A DNA stretch of 64,000 nucleotides, from assembly GCA_951406725.2 (NCBI GenBank), contig OX597814.1:186682001-186746000 (forward strand). Reading direction: 5' to 3'. Source of the DNA: Octopus vulgaris (lineage: Eukaryota). The notes beneath the pieces are model-generated. The model did not search any database. It saw nothing but the letters and a program-made list of their open reading frames with translations, and was not told the DNA's origin. Positions 25,226-40,106 of this stretch are shown in pieces. Made by a program: the position numbers and the translations under genes. Each line of letters opens with the position of its first letter. Position 1 is the stretch's first letter.

Positions 25226-27874
25226 TAATGCTAAAAAAATTTGTAATTGCGTTTTAACAACTGATTCTCATTAAGAAAAAAAACATGCTCATAATAAGCT
25301 TCTTCCTCCACTTTATAACTTATTCTGCAACAATATTTCATTAAATAATCATAACTTTACTTGACACATAAACAGTTACTTCTCACCTTATTTGCTTAAA
25401 TTAAACCTTTTTTAACATACATACAAACAATGTTTGGATCTTTTGTTTGTTACTATGGATGGTTTGGTCTACTTGTTATGATAGACTCTAATCATATGGT
25501 AACTTGGACAACACTAATTCTAGATATAAAAATAAAATATTTACACATAAACAACTTTACTTGTGAAGTGTACCAGTAATCCCATGTCAAACAAAATTAC
25601 ATTCAATAAACACCAACCTGTGTTCTCTATTCAGTATCCTTACCAAAATGAAATATAGATCTAATCTTGCTAAATGGTTAAGTGAATATAAAACATAAGC
25701 ATATTTGAAACTATTTTGGTACTGTTAGGCGATGAAATAATTGGAAAATTGATATGAAATTAATTTATTTTATTTTATTTTATAACAAATCACTGTAAGT
25801 AACAGTTTTTCAGGTTTAAATAGAGCTTCCCTGATGACCCACCACAATTCAATGTAATCAAAAATCATCTTTTAATTTCATTAAAATGATAAATGTAAAA
25901 TTTAAAAATGCATTTTTAAACGTATATATTTGTTCTATATGATTAGTATATTATGCCACAATGATGACGTTCAGCAAAGTAGTATTTAAATTGGTGAAGT
26001 AGAATGCCTGATTAAAAGGTGTATCAATTTAATTGCTAATTTAATGTATTGCAATTCAAATTAAAAGCTAAAATGTTGATGAAGGTAGACCACTATGATT
26101 CTTTTGGATTTATTTACTTGAGTTAAAAACTTCCAGATAATACTGTTAATGTACATTTATTATAATGCCACAATTTTGAGACAATATATTATATTTAAAT
26201 TATCAAAATTACCGCCGCCCTATCAGAAATAAATTTTCTCACCTAATAATTATTTATGACAAATATAAAAATTTATACATAAACAATTTAATGAGAATCA
26301 AAGTATTGTTTTATTTACATTCCTTAGTTTTATTTAAATAACAACTAAGGCCCAGAAAGCTGTGGTCCCAGTTCACATGTTGCTATATGATTCATTTGTC
26401 AATATTTTTAACAAGCTCCCACTGGGGAACTTGTCAATTCCATCTCTTTTTATCACCCACAGTTTATGATATAGCTGTAACGATGCATGCTTGATAACAA
26501 CCTGCACTGCATCAACTGAACAAGTAAATAATATCGAAGATTTTGTAAAGAAAGCAGCAGTACACCTCTTTAATAGTTTTCTGATACTAACAAAATGCTA
26601 ATATATTGATCTGTACTGTCGACACAACAGATTTCCGATTACAAAGCAAGCATCTGCTCATTGTCTGCCAGTGGTCAGATGTTATGATAAATTGAATATC
26701 TATGAGAATAACAATACATTTTGGTAATTTTGCACCACTCACTTCTGATGATACACTACAAGTACTACTGCATTAGATGTTTGAAGTCTCAATAGAAAGC
26801 TCTGCTGCCTTTGATATTGTATGTACTCACAAAGCAGACTGTTAAGGCTATAGATGCCATGCATTTACTTATGCTACAAAGCTCTAGTGCTACTGGTACT
26901 CATTGTGCAGTAACAAAATATAAAACTCTAGTGCTGCTGATACTACGTGTGTGTGTGTGCGCATGTGTGTATGTGTGTGTGCTCACAATACAAAGCTGTG
27001 ATGCCACATTGTTATTTATGTCAGATGATCAGTGTAAATAGAAGTAGCTGTCATCTTTATTACTGTCTAACTGCTGTTGCTGATCTTGAGTAGTTTTTCA
27101 TTTTCTATCAATATCTTTTGATAATTACTGTCTGCTGTTGATATTCTGTAATGAATGATTCCATCTAATATGAACTTTCATAACCTATTGAAATCCTCCT
27201 GTCAAGAATTATAAGTCAAATCAGTATGAGCTATTCATCATACTTAGTTTACTTTTATTAATAACTCATATTACCATTAACTATGTTACCCCCATTTTCT
27301 AACCCTAACCTTGTCACTATAGACTTTGATTAGAAATGGTGCTACAAACGTTAGGTTAATTTTAGCCATACTTTTCTTTATATATATATATATATATTCC
27401 ATTATAATTAATATAGTTTTTGTCAAAACATTTTGGCTTATTACAATATTGTAGGAAATATCAGTGTCTGAAGATAATTAAGATTTAGAAGACACAACTT
27501 AATTTAAGACATGTTTCCCAGGGATAATTCGGTAGGTAGCATATCATCCAATCATCATCATATTTCATGAGCAATGAGAATCTCAGAAAGGCTTGATATA
27601 AACAACACCAGATTTTTTTTTGATTTTATATGTGCTTTGGAGGTGAAATTGTTTGCTTTTTTTGTATCTATTCTGCAGAAATAAAGATAACAATAGTTTA
27701 AGAGTTCCAGCTAACCAAGAAACTCTTAAAATTAGATTCTGTGACCCTATTTTATTGGAATTGCTACTTTTGAGAGATAATTAACTAATTACTACTAGTG
27801 GTAGGAATTTTTTCTAATCCCAAGAAACAAAGAGCAATGTATGCTATACAAATGTATCTGATGTGTGTGTGTGT

Positions 27875-28150
27875 ACTTGTTTCAGTCCTTAGACAGTGGC
27901 TGTGCTAGGGCACAGACTTTAGTGAGAACTTACTTATTCTATCAGACTCTTTTTGCCAAACCACTAAGTTACAGGGACATAAACAAACCAATACCAGTAG
28001 TCAAGTAGTGGAAGAGAACAGACACAAATACACACTGATGCATACATATATACATACAATGGGCTTCTTTCAATTTTTGCCCAGCAATCCACTTACAAAG
28101 CTTTGGTCAGCCGAGTTTTGATACAGTAAAAGACACTTTCCCAAGGTACT
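27875..28150 (-). mobile_element. SINE family B, diverged
   Basis: TACTTGTTTCAGTC...AATCCACTTACAAAGCTTTGGTCAGCC...GACACTTTCCCAAGG is the reverse complement of family B. Confidence 0.7.
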
Positions 28151-28206
28151 ACACCGTATATGAATGTGTGTGTGTGTGTGTGCACAAGCATATATACATA
28201 TGTGTG

Positions 28207-28262
<56 letters not shown>

Positions 28263-28708
28263 TCTATCTCTCCAAGAAAGAAATGGAATAGGTAAAACAC
28301 AGGCTGCAAATATTTCATAGAAAAAAATGCTTGTTGTATAAATTGTAACATACACAGAACCAGCTTAACTTATAGGTAATAGGACCTAAAATTTAGCTAA
28401 GTTAGTTCTGTGTAACAAGCGTTGCTTTGCTACGAAACGTTTGCAGTCCATGTTTTTACCTGTTTCAATCCTTGCTTTCCTGGATTTTTATCTACATTTT
28501 TAGGAAGTTTAGGTGCTAAAGCATGAGTTCAGCTTATTGAAATTTCTTTTGATTTCAATATGGGACAAAGTGTGTAACTTACAATGTTAGTATAATTGTT
28601 TTATCATATATTGTCTACCTTTTGTCATCTATACTAGCCGCATAAATGCTTGAAGCATACTAACTTCCTACACTTGGATCCCTGGATTGTACATCCCTAT
28701 TCCTATAT

Positions 28709-30845
28709 AATCATCATCATCATCATTTAATGCATGTTTTCCATGCCTGCATGGGTTGGATGGTTCGATGAGGTCTGGGAAGCCAGGAGGCTGCACCAGG
28801 CTTCAGTCTGATCTGGCAGTGTTTCTACAGCTGGATGTCCTACCTAATGCCAACCACTCCGAGAGTGTAGTGGGTGCCTTTTTATGTGCCACCGGCACAG
28901 GGGCCAGAGGGGACTGGCATCAACCATGATCAGATAGTGCTTTTTATGTACCACCGGCATGGAAACCAGTCAAGGCAGAGCTGGCATCAACCACTTTCGG
29001 ATGGTGCTTTTTGCATGCTACTGACACAGGGATCACAACTACAATTTCTATTTGATTGTGATTTGATCTCATTTTGATGTACCAGATAGGTCTCCTCAAG
29101 TAGGAGAGTCAATAGGTCTCCTCAAGTACGGCATGCCGCCCTACAATCCATTTGAGTGGGCTGGTTATGCAACACTGGTGTAGGTTACAGTTTTGAACTC
29201 ACTTTATTTGCCGGGTCTTCTCAGTCACAGCATATCTCCAGAGGTCTTGGGGTTTTGTCCTTGCTACTGTGAGGTCTCCCTCTACCCAATTCCTTCAACT
29301 GTTTGGGAGTGGCACTTCTTCACACAGCTCTCCTCATCCATCCACAGTACATGACCATACCAATGCAAACGTCTCTCTTGCACACCACATCTGATACTTC
29401 TTATGTCCAACATTTCTCTCAGGGTGCTTACACTCTGTCGTGTGTGCACACTGACACTACACAGCCAGCAGATCATGCTAGCTTCATTTCTTTCGAGCCT
29501 ACACATGTCTTCAGCAGTCACGGTCCAATGGCAGTTTGCACACATGCATCGTACAATCTACCTTTCACTTTGAGCAAGAGGCCCTTTGTCACCAGTAGGG
29601 GTAGAAGCTTTCTGAACTTTGCCTAGGCTATTCTTATTCCAGTGGTAACACTCTCTGAGCATCCACCCCCACTACAGACTTGGTCACCTAGGTAGTGGAA
29701 GCTATCAACTACTTCTAGTTTCTCCCCGTGGCATGTTATGGAATCTGTTTTCTGAGCATCTGTGGTGTTTATTGCCCTTGTGCATCTGCCGCACATGAAA
29801 GCTATCTTCCTAGTTAATCTTCCTTTGATGTTGCTGTACCTCTTATGTGTCCATAGCTTCTACCTACACCTTTTCTACAGATCGAGCAGGGCCACCTACC
29901 TGAAGGGGCTCTCCTCCTCCCATTCGTTCTCCACATTCAGCAGTCTTTCATAATGGCTTCTCCAAGCCTCTTTTTTTTCCAAATCATTAAAAGCAAGGGC
30001 ACCATCATCCATGCGGACACATTTTTCTCCTGTGACATCACAATTTTCTCTCACACACTGTCTTGCAATCTGAAATACTTCGGTTCTTTGGTCCTCATGT
30101 CGCTGGACATTGGCAAACTTCTTTTCTGCTTCGCCCTTGGCTATGTATACCTGTCACCCAGCCTCCCTTCTGACTATCTGGTACAGTTCCCTATTACCCC
30201 CACCCTTCCAGGCCTGTTTCTCTGCTGTAATGGCTTTGTCTACCATATTATTCCACCACCACGTTACTCTAGGTCTGGAAGGGACTTTGCATCATCCACA
30301 GACTTGGTCTGTGGCACTCAGTAAGCTGTCCCATAGGAATTTCCAGCTACCTTCTATGTCCGAGGTCTGTAGCTCCTCCTCCCTCTCATCAAATATCTTG
30401 ATGAGATGTCCCTAAATCTCTGACCATGTGAAGGGTTCTTTAGCTTCCAAATCCTTCTTTTCTGGATTGGTCTGCTTCTTAGCATCCTTCTGGCCTCGAG
30501 TCTAAAGTCATTAATGACTAGTCTATGCTGGTAGGGGGGGTTACATTCTTCACTCGGGAGGGTCTTTGTATTTAAGAGCAACCCTGTGTCCCGCTGTCTG
30601 GTGAGGATGAAATCAATCTGTCTGGTGAGGATGAAATCAATCTGGCTTGCAGAGTCACCTGATTGATAGGTTATCAGGTGGCTGCCTTGCTTCCTAAAGT
30701 TAGTGTTGCAGATTAAAAGGTTACATGCATCACAGAACTCCAGTAGCCTAGTTCCTTCATCGTTTCGGGAACCAATACCATGGCCCCCGTGTACACCAGT
30801 GAAGATACCTGACTGCCATTCCAAAGCCAAATTGATTGGCAAAGC
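28709..30845 (-). mobile_element. RTE-clade LINE, degenerate, RT core deleted
   Basis: AP-endonuclease motifs HGGHGIGSRNDEG.RLLEFC...NTNFRK...SQIDFIL (ORF 30354-30842); C-terminal RRLHWYGHV and WPCSICRKGVG; (ATG)n tail at 28709-28726. Confidence 0.9.
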
Positions 30846-30969
30846 AATCTTTGTTTTTAAAGTGATTTAATTCATAAAGGTTTTCTTTTTAAATTAGTTT
30901 ACATATGAAATTTTACTTTACATGATAGTAAATCAATAGAGTTAGAAAAGTAGAGCTGAAGTGAAGCTA

Positions 30970-31764
30970 CGAGGTGGTATCAAAAAGTTCCCAGACTAGT
31001 TCTGTAGAGCACCAACAAATGGCAGCACACAGATGCATGAGCAGTGAGAGCTAGCAGTGACCTTCATAAGGCAGTGTGCCAAGTGACATCACTGTGTTTA
31101 CTTCACAAGTTGCGAAATTTGTGTTTTTGTGATAACGTGTATGCTATTTTGTAGTCTTCAATTTTGTCATGGACATAAACAAAGAGCCAATGTGAAATTT
31201 TACAGCAGCAAGGCAAAGGGTCATGCACAATGTTTTGAGAGGCACAAGTGCTTCAAAAGTGGAAGAACGTCCCTAGAAGACAATGAGCAGTCTGAAAGAT
31301 CTGCCACAAGCATCACACCTACTGTGACATTTTGAGGCATTTGAGGGAGGACATTCAGCGAAAGTGACTGAATCTGTGGCAGGCAAAGGATTGGATTCTT
31401 CACAACGACAATACATCCTATCAATGAGCTCTCCTTACTCATGATTTTCATTCCAAAAACAACATGGTATTACTTCCATACATGGCCTATTCACCAGATT
31501 TAGCACCTGCTGACTTTCATCTCTTCCCCAGGATAAAAATGCAGCTCAGAGGTTGCTATTTTAACAATGTTGTCAAGATCCAGAGTGAATCACAGAAGGT
31601 CCTCAAATTACTTATGGAAAATGAGTTCCAGGACAGATTCCAATGTTGAGATTGGTGTTATGCAGCACAAGGTAACTATTTTGAAGGAGATGATGTTAAA
31701 TCTTGAGTAAATAAGTTATTTTTTATTAAACATAACTGGTCTGGGACCTTTTGATACCACCTCA
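30970..31764 (+). mobile_element. Mariner DNA transposon, internally deleted, both TIRs and TA TSD
   Basis: TA-CGAGGTGGTATCAAAAAGTTCCCAGAC ... GTCTGGGACCTTTTGATACCACCTCA-TA; mariner motif YSPDLAP.DF in ORF 31464-31649. Confidence 0.95.
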
Positions 31765-34700
31765 TATGATATCCTTATTAAGTCAATGTCTGAAAACCTA
31801 AACTTTTTAAACACAGAACTCACAATAACATTACCAGCAGCTTTATATTTTCATAGACTAAGCTTATAAAACAGAAATATTTCTTCAATAAAATAAACCT
31901 TTAATGATAAGTAGAAATCAGTTCAATTTTTAAAAAAATTAAAATCTGCTATAATAATATAGGACAGTTTAAAATTGTAGAGAAAGTAATCAATCATTTG
32001 TAGTTTAGACCATCATGTGTACACTCACATCTGCAAGGTACAAAATCTCAGATTGTCGAGAAAAGAAAATTTCATGATACTCATGCCTTTGTCAATAGAA
32101 GTAAAATTACCCATAATTCAAATTAGAGCTTCACAAAAAAATTTGTATCTAAACGAAGCACATTTTATTTGCTAGGAATTACTGACTGTGAAATCCTATT
32201 CATATGATATTATGTAGAGAGGAAAAAACATTATTTTTGGATATTTATTATATCTGAAATTGTTTTGTGTATATGTGCAAAATTATAATTTGTCTTTTGT
32301 TAAATATATAAATCAATTAGATAAATTGTAATTTTGAAGGATTATCTTTTTAATTGATTATATGCGTAATTTATACTTGATGACTCATTCATAACAAAGC
32401 ATTGACCACTACCCGGAAAAGGTCTGGCCAAGAACCAATAACAATTAATAACAGCCTCATGACTATGTTTCAACTAAACAGGAGATAGGAAGAGGGGCTG
32501 TGAAATATTTATGAATGTATTCAGGAACATAAGGATATGGTTCTACTAGTTTACTTCTCATCAATTTATTTTAAAGTAAAAAGGAAATCAGACACAGAGC
32601 ATAAAATGCTAGACTATTAAATGACAGACTGAAACAATCCACAACAGCTAAATCTTACATCTGAAATTCTGATTTAATTCTGAATGAAATCAAAATATCT
32701 ATTGCATCACATTCATACTGCATGTAGGTGTCTATGTATGTGAACATGTTGGTGTACATATGTTATAGCAATTAGCATTATAAACAATACAGATTACAGA
32801 AATTGCACTAGCACTAAACCTGATTAATGCTGTAATGGGTGACTTTCAGAAATTCCCATCTGGATTCTAATTGGGTGTTAATCTTCCATAGATTATACAA
32901 CTGTAGTAGTATTCCATGTGCTATCATATGGACAATTGCAAAACAATTACAGCAATATGTCATTGACAAAAGGAAAACACAACACTCACAAAACACATAC
33001 TTATATCACTCTTTAGTGGCATGAAACAGATAAATCAATGAAAGTTTACAAAATTTTCCGTTAGGCTAATATGAACTGACTAATTACAGGGATTAAAATG
33101 GAAATAAGAATATTTTTTTAAATGAAAATTTCTGCATACAGTTTCTAAAGTGGGAATAATTTATAAAGTTTTTTGTTTTTTTAACTGCAACTGTAATTAA
33201 CTAATTACATTATATCAGCTACATAGTGTCAGCTGACTGTCATCCATTAACATCATTATCACCATTGATTTGTTGTTTACTTTTTATATACCTGTCTCAT
33301 CCATGTTTGTCAAGGTCGTCTGATATTTGTGTGAGATGAGACTGAATTCAGAGTAACATTGTTTGGAATGAATGACAAGACAGGAAATAGGCTGAAATAG
33401 AATAGTGGTTCAGTAGTTTGAATAGAATTGGCCAGTCATGGATAGGCAAGTTGTTTGTGTTAGAGGTCTTAGTTTTTTGTTTGGTAAATAGTTTTCTGCA
33501 GTTTAACTTAGTGAATTTGTTTGGGATGTGCTGTATGGTTGGTGTATATTGTACTGGGAAATAAGGGCTGGTTCACTGAGCCTGCAGCTGGCCTAGCTGG
33601 TTGGCAGCTGGCCACAAGTAGCAACTGGAACAGAATTACTCACCTTTTCATAATTATAAAAAAAGAAAAAATATAAATAAGTTCTGTACGTGTGTTAGTA
33701 TTAACATGTGTAACTTTATATGTGTGTTTATAGATATTTTAAAGGTTTGTATATGTGTATATTGCTAGTATCTGCCTGCTCATATCATGCATTTGTGTGC
33801 ATGGTTTTGTATTTTCTCATATATTTTTTGTAACAAAAGATTTTTTTCTATATTCAACAATTTACAATAATATGAAGTAGAATTCTTAAAAAAATATAAC
33901 TGTCCTTGCACCTAGACAGTGTTTAGAATGGAGTGACAAGATGACTAATGAAAAGCAAAGTTTTTGTCAATATACCATCATGGTCAGGATAGGTCTGTAA
34001 TTTTGTATTTTTTCAGTGCATCTTGCTCATTAAGATCTGATCAAACAATTTTTTCTCTTCGGTTATTTTTTCTTCTTTGGGTCTCCTCTACTAATTAATG
34101 TATTATAAATATCCTTTTCACTTCTAGTAGCATTAAATGAAAGATAGTTAAATCTTCTCCTGGCTAGAACACTAGTCTATTGCAGCTAGCTTTCTCTATA
34201 GAAGGATCAAACTTGGTACTGCAAGTGAAGAACAAATCACTCACCAAGGCCACAGCATATCTAGTTAAAGCTTGACCTATAGCCACACAGAACACCAGTG
34301 ACAAAATAGTAAACATCAGCCTCTTGTTTGATAATATTATCAATGCAGTCAGTCCTCTACACTTTCAATAGCCTTACTGAAACAAGGCATTTGTTTTATA
34401 AAACTATGTTGAAAGTATACCACTATCAAACTGGGTGATATTTTCAGTAGACAAAGTTCAAGTCTAGTGTTTCAGTTTCAATCTGGAACCAATTCAATTA
34501 GATCCCTAAATTTCAAAGATTACCCCAAATGATCTGAAGATTTATATCTATGTAAAAAAAAAATAAATCATTATTTTCTAATTTTAATTGTACTTATTAT
34601 ATACTATAGTTTAATGTTATCATAACAGAAAGTATATGTGCCAATCTAGTTTATAAAAATATAATTGGTCAACAAGTTTAAATAGATCAAGTTAAATCTA

Positions 34701-37700
34701 GTTTATAATGTTTAACTCCTGCCAGACCAGGCATTCAATAACAAGTAAGCTATTTACAATATCCAATTACCATATGAATTGTACAGAAAAATAGGATAAT
34801 TTGAAACAGGAAACTTAATGGCTTGAACACTGAGATTTTGTGGGGGAAAATCCATAAAATAAACTATTTTAAAATGCTTGAGAAAAAGTAATTATTAAAT
34901 TATTTTTAATAGTGACAAGCCAGGCAGCAATTGTGAGGCATTACAAATGTACATTACCAGAAGATAAATAATGGGGGAAGTGAGAAAAGCATAACTTACA
35001 TGTTAATCAACATATTCATGAAATCTCTTTGGGGGCATTCTAGCATCAATAATCTCAATATTAAAAATTTGTTTGTTTATTTTGTCTAATATTTTACAGA
35101 ATACCCTTAAACTAAGATGGACACCGGTATTATTGTGTGGTGTCAAGGACAATTCTGTCAAAACTATAACACTATCTGCTTGCTATTGTGTTCAGCATTC
35201 TGAGTCATGGCCAACACAGAATCATGGATATGATATTCCCAAAGGGATGAGAGAATGAGCTGATGAAAATGGTGCAGCTATGTGGATGATGTGTTCGTTC
35301 TATCGAAGTATGCATGGCAATATTATGACAAATACAGTTACAGCCAGCTTTCTTTTGTTTAGTAATATTTTATTTTCTCTTGAGATATGAGAGGCTTCAC
35401 AGCAAATTGATTCTATTGTCATGTCACTTGCCTATTGCATATTAACAAATGATATTGGGATATCTTTTGAAATCTTTAAACATTTATCAATCTTTCAAGA
35501 AATATTTCCTATTTGTGATTATAGAGAAAGTGTGTGTATGGATTTTTAAAGGATTCTTGTTATCAGATTTGTTAAACAAAAAAAAGTAATGCTATCTCAA
35601 TTATTACTAAACTATTTTGTGATTATTATAATTGTAAGTAATACTATTACAATCTTAATTATACTGGTGAATTTTAAGTAATGTGCTACAGTTTTTATAA
35701 TATTTTATTTTTGTGTGAGCTGAAAACATAAGAATGGCTCTAAAAGCAATAAATTCTCACTACTATATCTGCTAAGAAAGTACCAAGTTTCAAATTCCAT
35801 TTGTTTATGTATTTTTAATATATGCAATAGAATTAAATCTATAAAGTAAATATCAACTCTATATGCTTAACATTAAAATGATTGACATTATATTAAGTTT
35901 ATGCATTCTTCACTACAAATTAGTAGAAATTTATATAACTTACAAAGATACTAAACTCATGTTATTCATTAAAGGAAACAAGATAATTACTGATTTTGAA
36001 AATCTTATGACATTTCAACAACATAAATAGCATCCTGTCTAAAATCCTAACAATTGTACCAAGTAAAATTTTAATTTATAGTACTTTAAAATACTAAAAT
36101 TCAAAGTCTATTTGTTGGTGTGTTCTGCAATTTTAGCAAAAACAACCCATTGTGGCAATAAAATGTTTTGACAATTATACTATTTAACACAAGCCCTTTT
36201 GTCTGAAATAAATTTTATTTCATTTCTGGGCCTGGAATTCTAACAATTGAAAAATGTTGTTAATTATTGTATCAACATGGTAAAGTAATTTTCAGCCATC
36301 CATGAACTAGAGACAACTCATCATGTCAACATACATTCTCATTCACCAACAACTATACAAACATATTGATGGAAAAAACAGAAGGGGAGAAATTACTTCA
36401 TTTTAATCCAATTCCTGTCTTTGAGACAGACTGACAGACACAGCAACTCATTTTTGTTTCCACTATTGGTAATGTTTTTTTTTTCTTTGTTCATAAAAAA
36501 TGATGGTGCTTCTTCATTTCCAAGGGGCCTTATGAAAGTGAAAATATTTATTTTGTCAGTAGATGTTTCCAGGTCAAAAAGTGCAAGTCTTATTTATGAG
36601 AAAAGGAAGGATGGGGAGGAAGTGAAAGTGTTTTATGGGCTATTATTTTAATGCTTGACATGACATACACCCAACAATGCATGAGCTCAATGGGTTGTAC
36701 ATGAAATAGTTTTCCTAGGAAAAATGTTTTTGCAATGACAATTTCTTATGACAAACTCTCTTGCTACCTCCATAGTTATTCATCAGCTTGATGCAGGTTC
36801 TCTCTAAGCTTTACATCCTCATCACAACTAGAACAAACTCATATACAAGGAAAAAAATCCATATCTTTTGAAGAAATTATTTGTTTTTTGTATTTGCTTT
36901 TAATCGTTCTAACTCTTCAATTAACCTAAATTCAATACCTAAGTAGTTAATAGCCATGCTTTTCTCATATTAATTAGAATTTAATAAATATATTTGGATA
37001 CAGCTTCAATCATGACAACATGACATTGGATGCTTTAAGTATCCATCCAACACTTTCAAGTTCAGTTTTATTTTCATTCCTTAATAATTTCATTTTGTAG
37101 AAAACAACTCCCAATTTCTGACTTGGAAACGCTTTACTTTTTGACAAATTAAATATTTCACTTTCTTGGAGCCCTGGAAATAAAGAAGCACTGAAATGTC
37201 TTATTTTCAGTAATACTAGCTTTAATATATAAATGTTTTAACAGTGGTGTTACAAATAGCGAGTTATATATATAAGTTCTTAATCACACAAATACATTCG
37301 TCATTATATTAACTGACATAATTTCATATGAATTTTATATACATTAAATTATTGGTACATTTGCACAATATGAACTCCGCCTTTTTCTATTAATATTTTC
37401 TATTATATGGAGAAAATTACTCTTTTTTTTTTTTTTAAGTAGTCTTCATACTTACCATTTCAGAGTATAGTATACAACCAGTACTAACATTTTCATTGTC
37501 TTTTTTTCCAAAACATTTTAAACCTTTTTAGATGTGTTAAACAAAGAAAATAATAATCTTGCTCAGAAAAATTCTGTTTCTAGTTATGGTTACGGTAAGT
37601 GTTTATGGTTAAGATTTATAGTAAGAGCTAGATTTCAGGGATGGGGGAAATATATTTTTTGGAACCACAATCATAATCTACAATGTTTAAAATACAGAAA

Positions 37701-37938
37701 AATGAAAACATATTCTAAATAAATTTTTAAATTGCAGAAAGGAAGATGTTGTCTATTGTATAGCAACATGCATTTATGGGGAGGGAGGGAGTGAGTGAGT
37801 GAGTATAAATTATACTGGCTGCATTGTCATGGCTGGAATGGCATTGTGATATTGTGATGTTCATTTTAGAATAGATACAGGAAGGTGGGTGCTTTTTGCA
37901 AAACTCTGTAATATATATTGTGTGTGTGTGTGTTTATA

Positions 37939-39186
37939 GAGGGTACAATGGGTAAATTGTCACCATTTTATATTTTTAATTTCACATTGTTTGTTTTTGA
38001 TTTTGTTGACTACATAGTATAGTAGGGTCAGTTGGGCACCATCTGTGAGAAAACAACAACATGATGCAATTCACTCTGCCAGAAATTTGGAAATGACATG
38101 CTGTAGTGCTTGGCATTTGTGCCAGGAACTCCAGTACGAACAGATGATGAACACACAGAACAACCATTGGCTTGCCATGTCCCCAAAACATGTAGTGAGA
38201 GTGATAAAAAAAAAAACATCCAGTCAACATCATGGTGTTTGGAATGATCACTCGTGATGGTGATGTTATGCCTCCATTCATCTTCCCACAGGGCTTCAGA
38301 CTCAACACAAAGGCCTACATCAAGTGTCTGTAGGAGGTAGTGCTGCCCTGGGTCAAGAGAGTGGCTTCTGGAAGACCCTATGGTGATCTGGAAGACCCGT
38401 GGTGATCTCATCCTCGCCCACAACATCATAAGCGGAAAGTGTAACCTCTCGAAAGAGCTGTTCTTCACTCCTGCTCCAGAGCGTCGGCTGCGGGGTCATT
38501 CCGAAAAGCTCTACCTGCGACGATTTCATCTCAATCGAAGGAGAGGAGCTTTCTCCGTCCGGGTTGCGGATCCGTGGAACAAGCTGCCAGACGAGATGGT
38601 GAAGATGCCGACGACCACTTTGTTCAAAGCCTCCCTGGACCTCAAGTGGCCTGAACTCTTTACATGAACACCACCCTGTACTTAACTCCATGTCCCCCTA
38701 CATGGCCTTGCTATTTGCTTTTGAGCCAAATTAACTAACTAACTAACTAACTAACTATGTCTGGCAACAGGACTCTGCACCATGCCACACAAGCAGGAGA
38801 ACCTAGTCATGGCTGTCAGACAATTTCTGCAATCACATCACCCCTAACATCTGGCCACCTAACTCCCCAGACTGCAACTCCTTGGTTATTATGTGTGGGG
38901 CACAGTTGAGTGAGTGACCAACAAAACTCCTTGTAACACCAAAAATGAACTGAAGGCAAGCATTACAGCAACATTTACTAACTTAAACAAGGAGACTGTC
39001 CAGAAGAGCTGCAAGAGATTCTGAAGTCGTTTGGAGATTGTGGTTGAAGCCAATGGCAATTTTATTGAATAAATTTACTCTTTAGTATTTCCATATATTT
39101 TAATGTAATTTTGGTAAATAAATCTGTTAAAATGAGATGTCAGTATTATTTTCATTTCTGCATAATTTAGCAGACACTGTACCCTA
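37939..39186 (+). mobile_element. Tc1-family DNA transposon remnant interrupted by a CR1 fragment
   Basis: Inverted ends AGGGTACA/TGTACCCT within TA. DDE-domain peptides include DGDVMPPFIFP, GRPY|VWQQDSAPCH and WPPNSPDCN..YYVWG. Confidence 0.9.
38383..38754 (+). mobile_element. Young 5'-truncated CR1 LINE inserted in Tc1
   Basis: Open frame RGDLI...RGHS.KL...FS.RV..WNKLP......FK..LD; (AACT)n tail; CTATG duplicated at 38378-38382 and 38755-38759; CpGs retained. Confidence 0.9.
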
Positions 39187-39277
39187 TATATATATATATA
39201 TATTAAAAGTATACAGACCATTTTGTCATGGTTGGGGTGACAGCACTGATTTTGTTTTATTTTTTCCTCTTTTACAG

Positions 39278-39295
39278 TGAATCAATTATTGATGT
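39278..39295 (+). other. Candidate 18-nt microexon
   Basis: CTGAT branch-like motif, TTTTTCCTCTTTTACAG acceptor, TGAATCAATTATTGATGT, GTGAGT donor. Based on signals only. Confidence 0.3.
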
Positions 39296-40061
39296 GTGAG
39301 TAATATTTTAAGAATTAAAAACAAAACATGTATGTCAGAAATGATATACACATTATACTCAAAAATATAAAATTTATGCAGAGTAACAATGATTCTTATT
39401 CAAAAGATTGTCCATCAACTGTATTTTATATTTTTGGGACAATGCTGGGTATACTTCTAGTGCTAACATTTATTACCTAAGTTACACAGAGAATTAATTT
39501 ATCAAAATATTTGCTTTGTCCAGACACCAGATATGTTTAGTCTGACTCATTAGCAACAAAACAACAAATATCCCTAAAATATTAGCTATTGTGTGGTCAG
39601 GCAAGCTGTAATGCAGTGTTGTATTAGCTACCTCTCATTGCTAAGGGATATAACCCAATCCCCTACCCAATCAATAATTTCCAAACAATAAATATATATC
39701 ATCATTATTTGGTTCAACTGGGTTTAAAAAAGAAAAAGATTATTACAAACTGTAGCACTCTTCAAAGAAAAAAAAAAGTATTTAAAATTACACAAGCAGT
39801 GGTGGTGCCCCAGCATGGCTGCGGCCTTCGGGCTAAAACATTTTTAAGGATTTAAGCAAATATGAATACATAAATATATTTAATAAGTGTCAACATAATT
39901 GTGTAGACCAGAAATTTATTTTACAATCACGTGGTTCTTATCTTGATCACTGTGCTTGTGTCTTCTACTATAAGCTCAATCATGTTGAGCTGCTCAGAGC
40001 CTCATGAATGGAATTTTGTAGAGTGAAATATGCAGAAGCCTGTTGCATGTGTGTGCGCGCG

Positions 40062-40106
<45 letters not shown>

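Noticed and set aside
35073-35258. Protein-coding exon
   Set aside because: Good acceptor at 35099, but all frames close and the peptide has no recognisable motif; at most a non-coding exon candidate.
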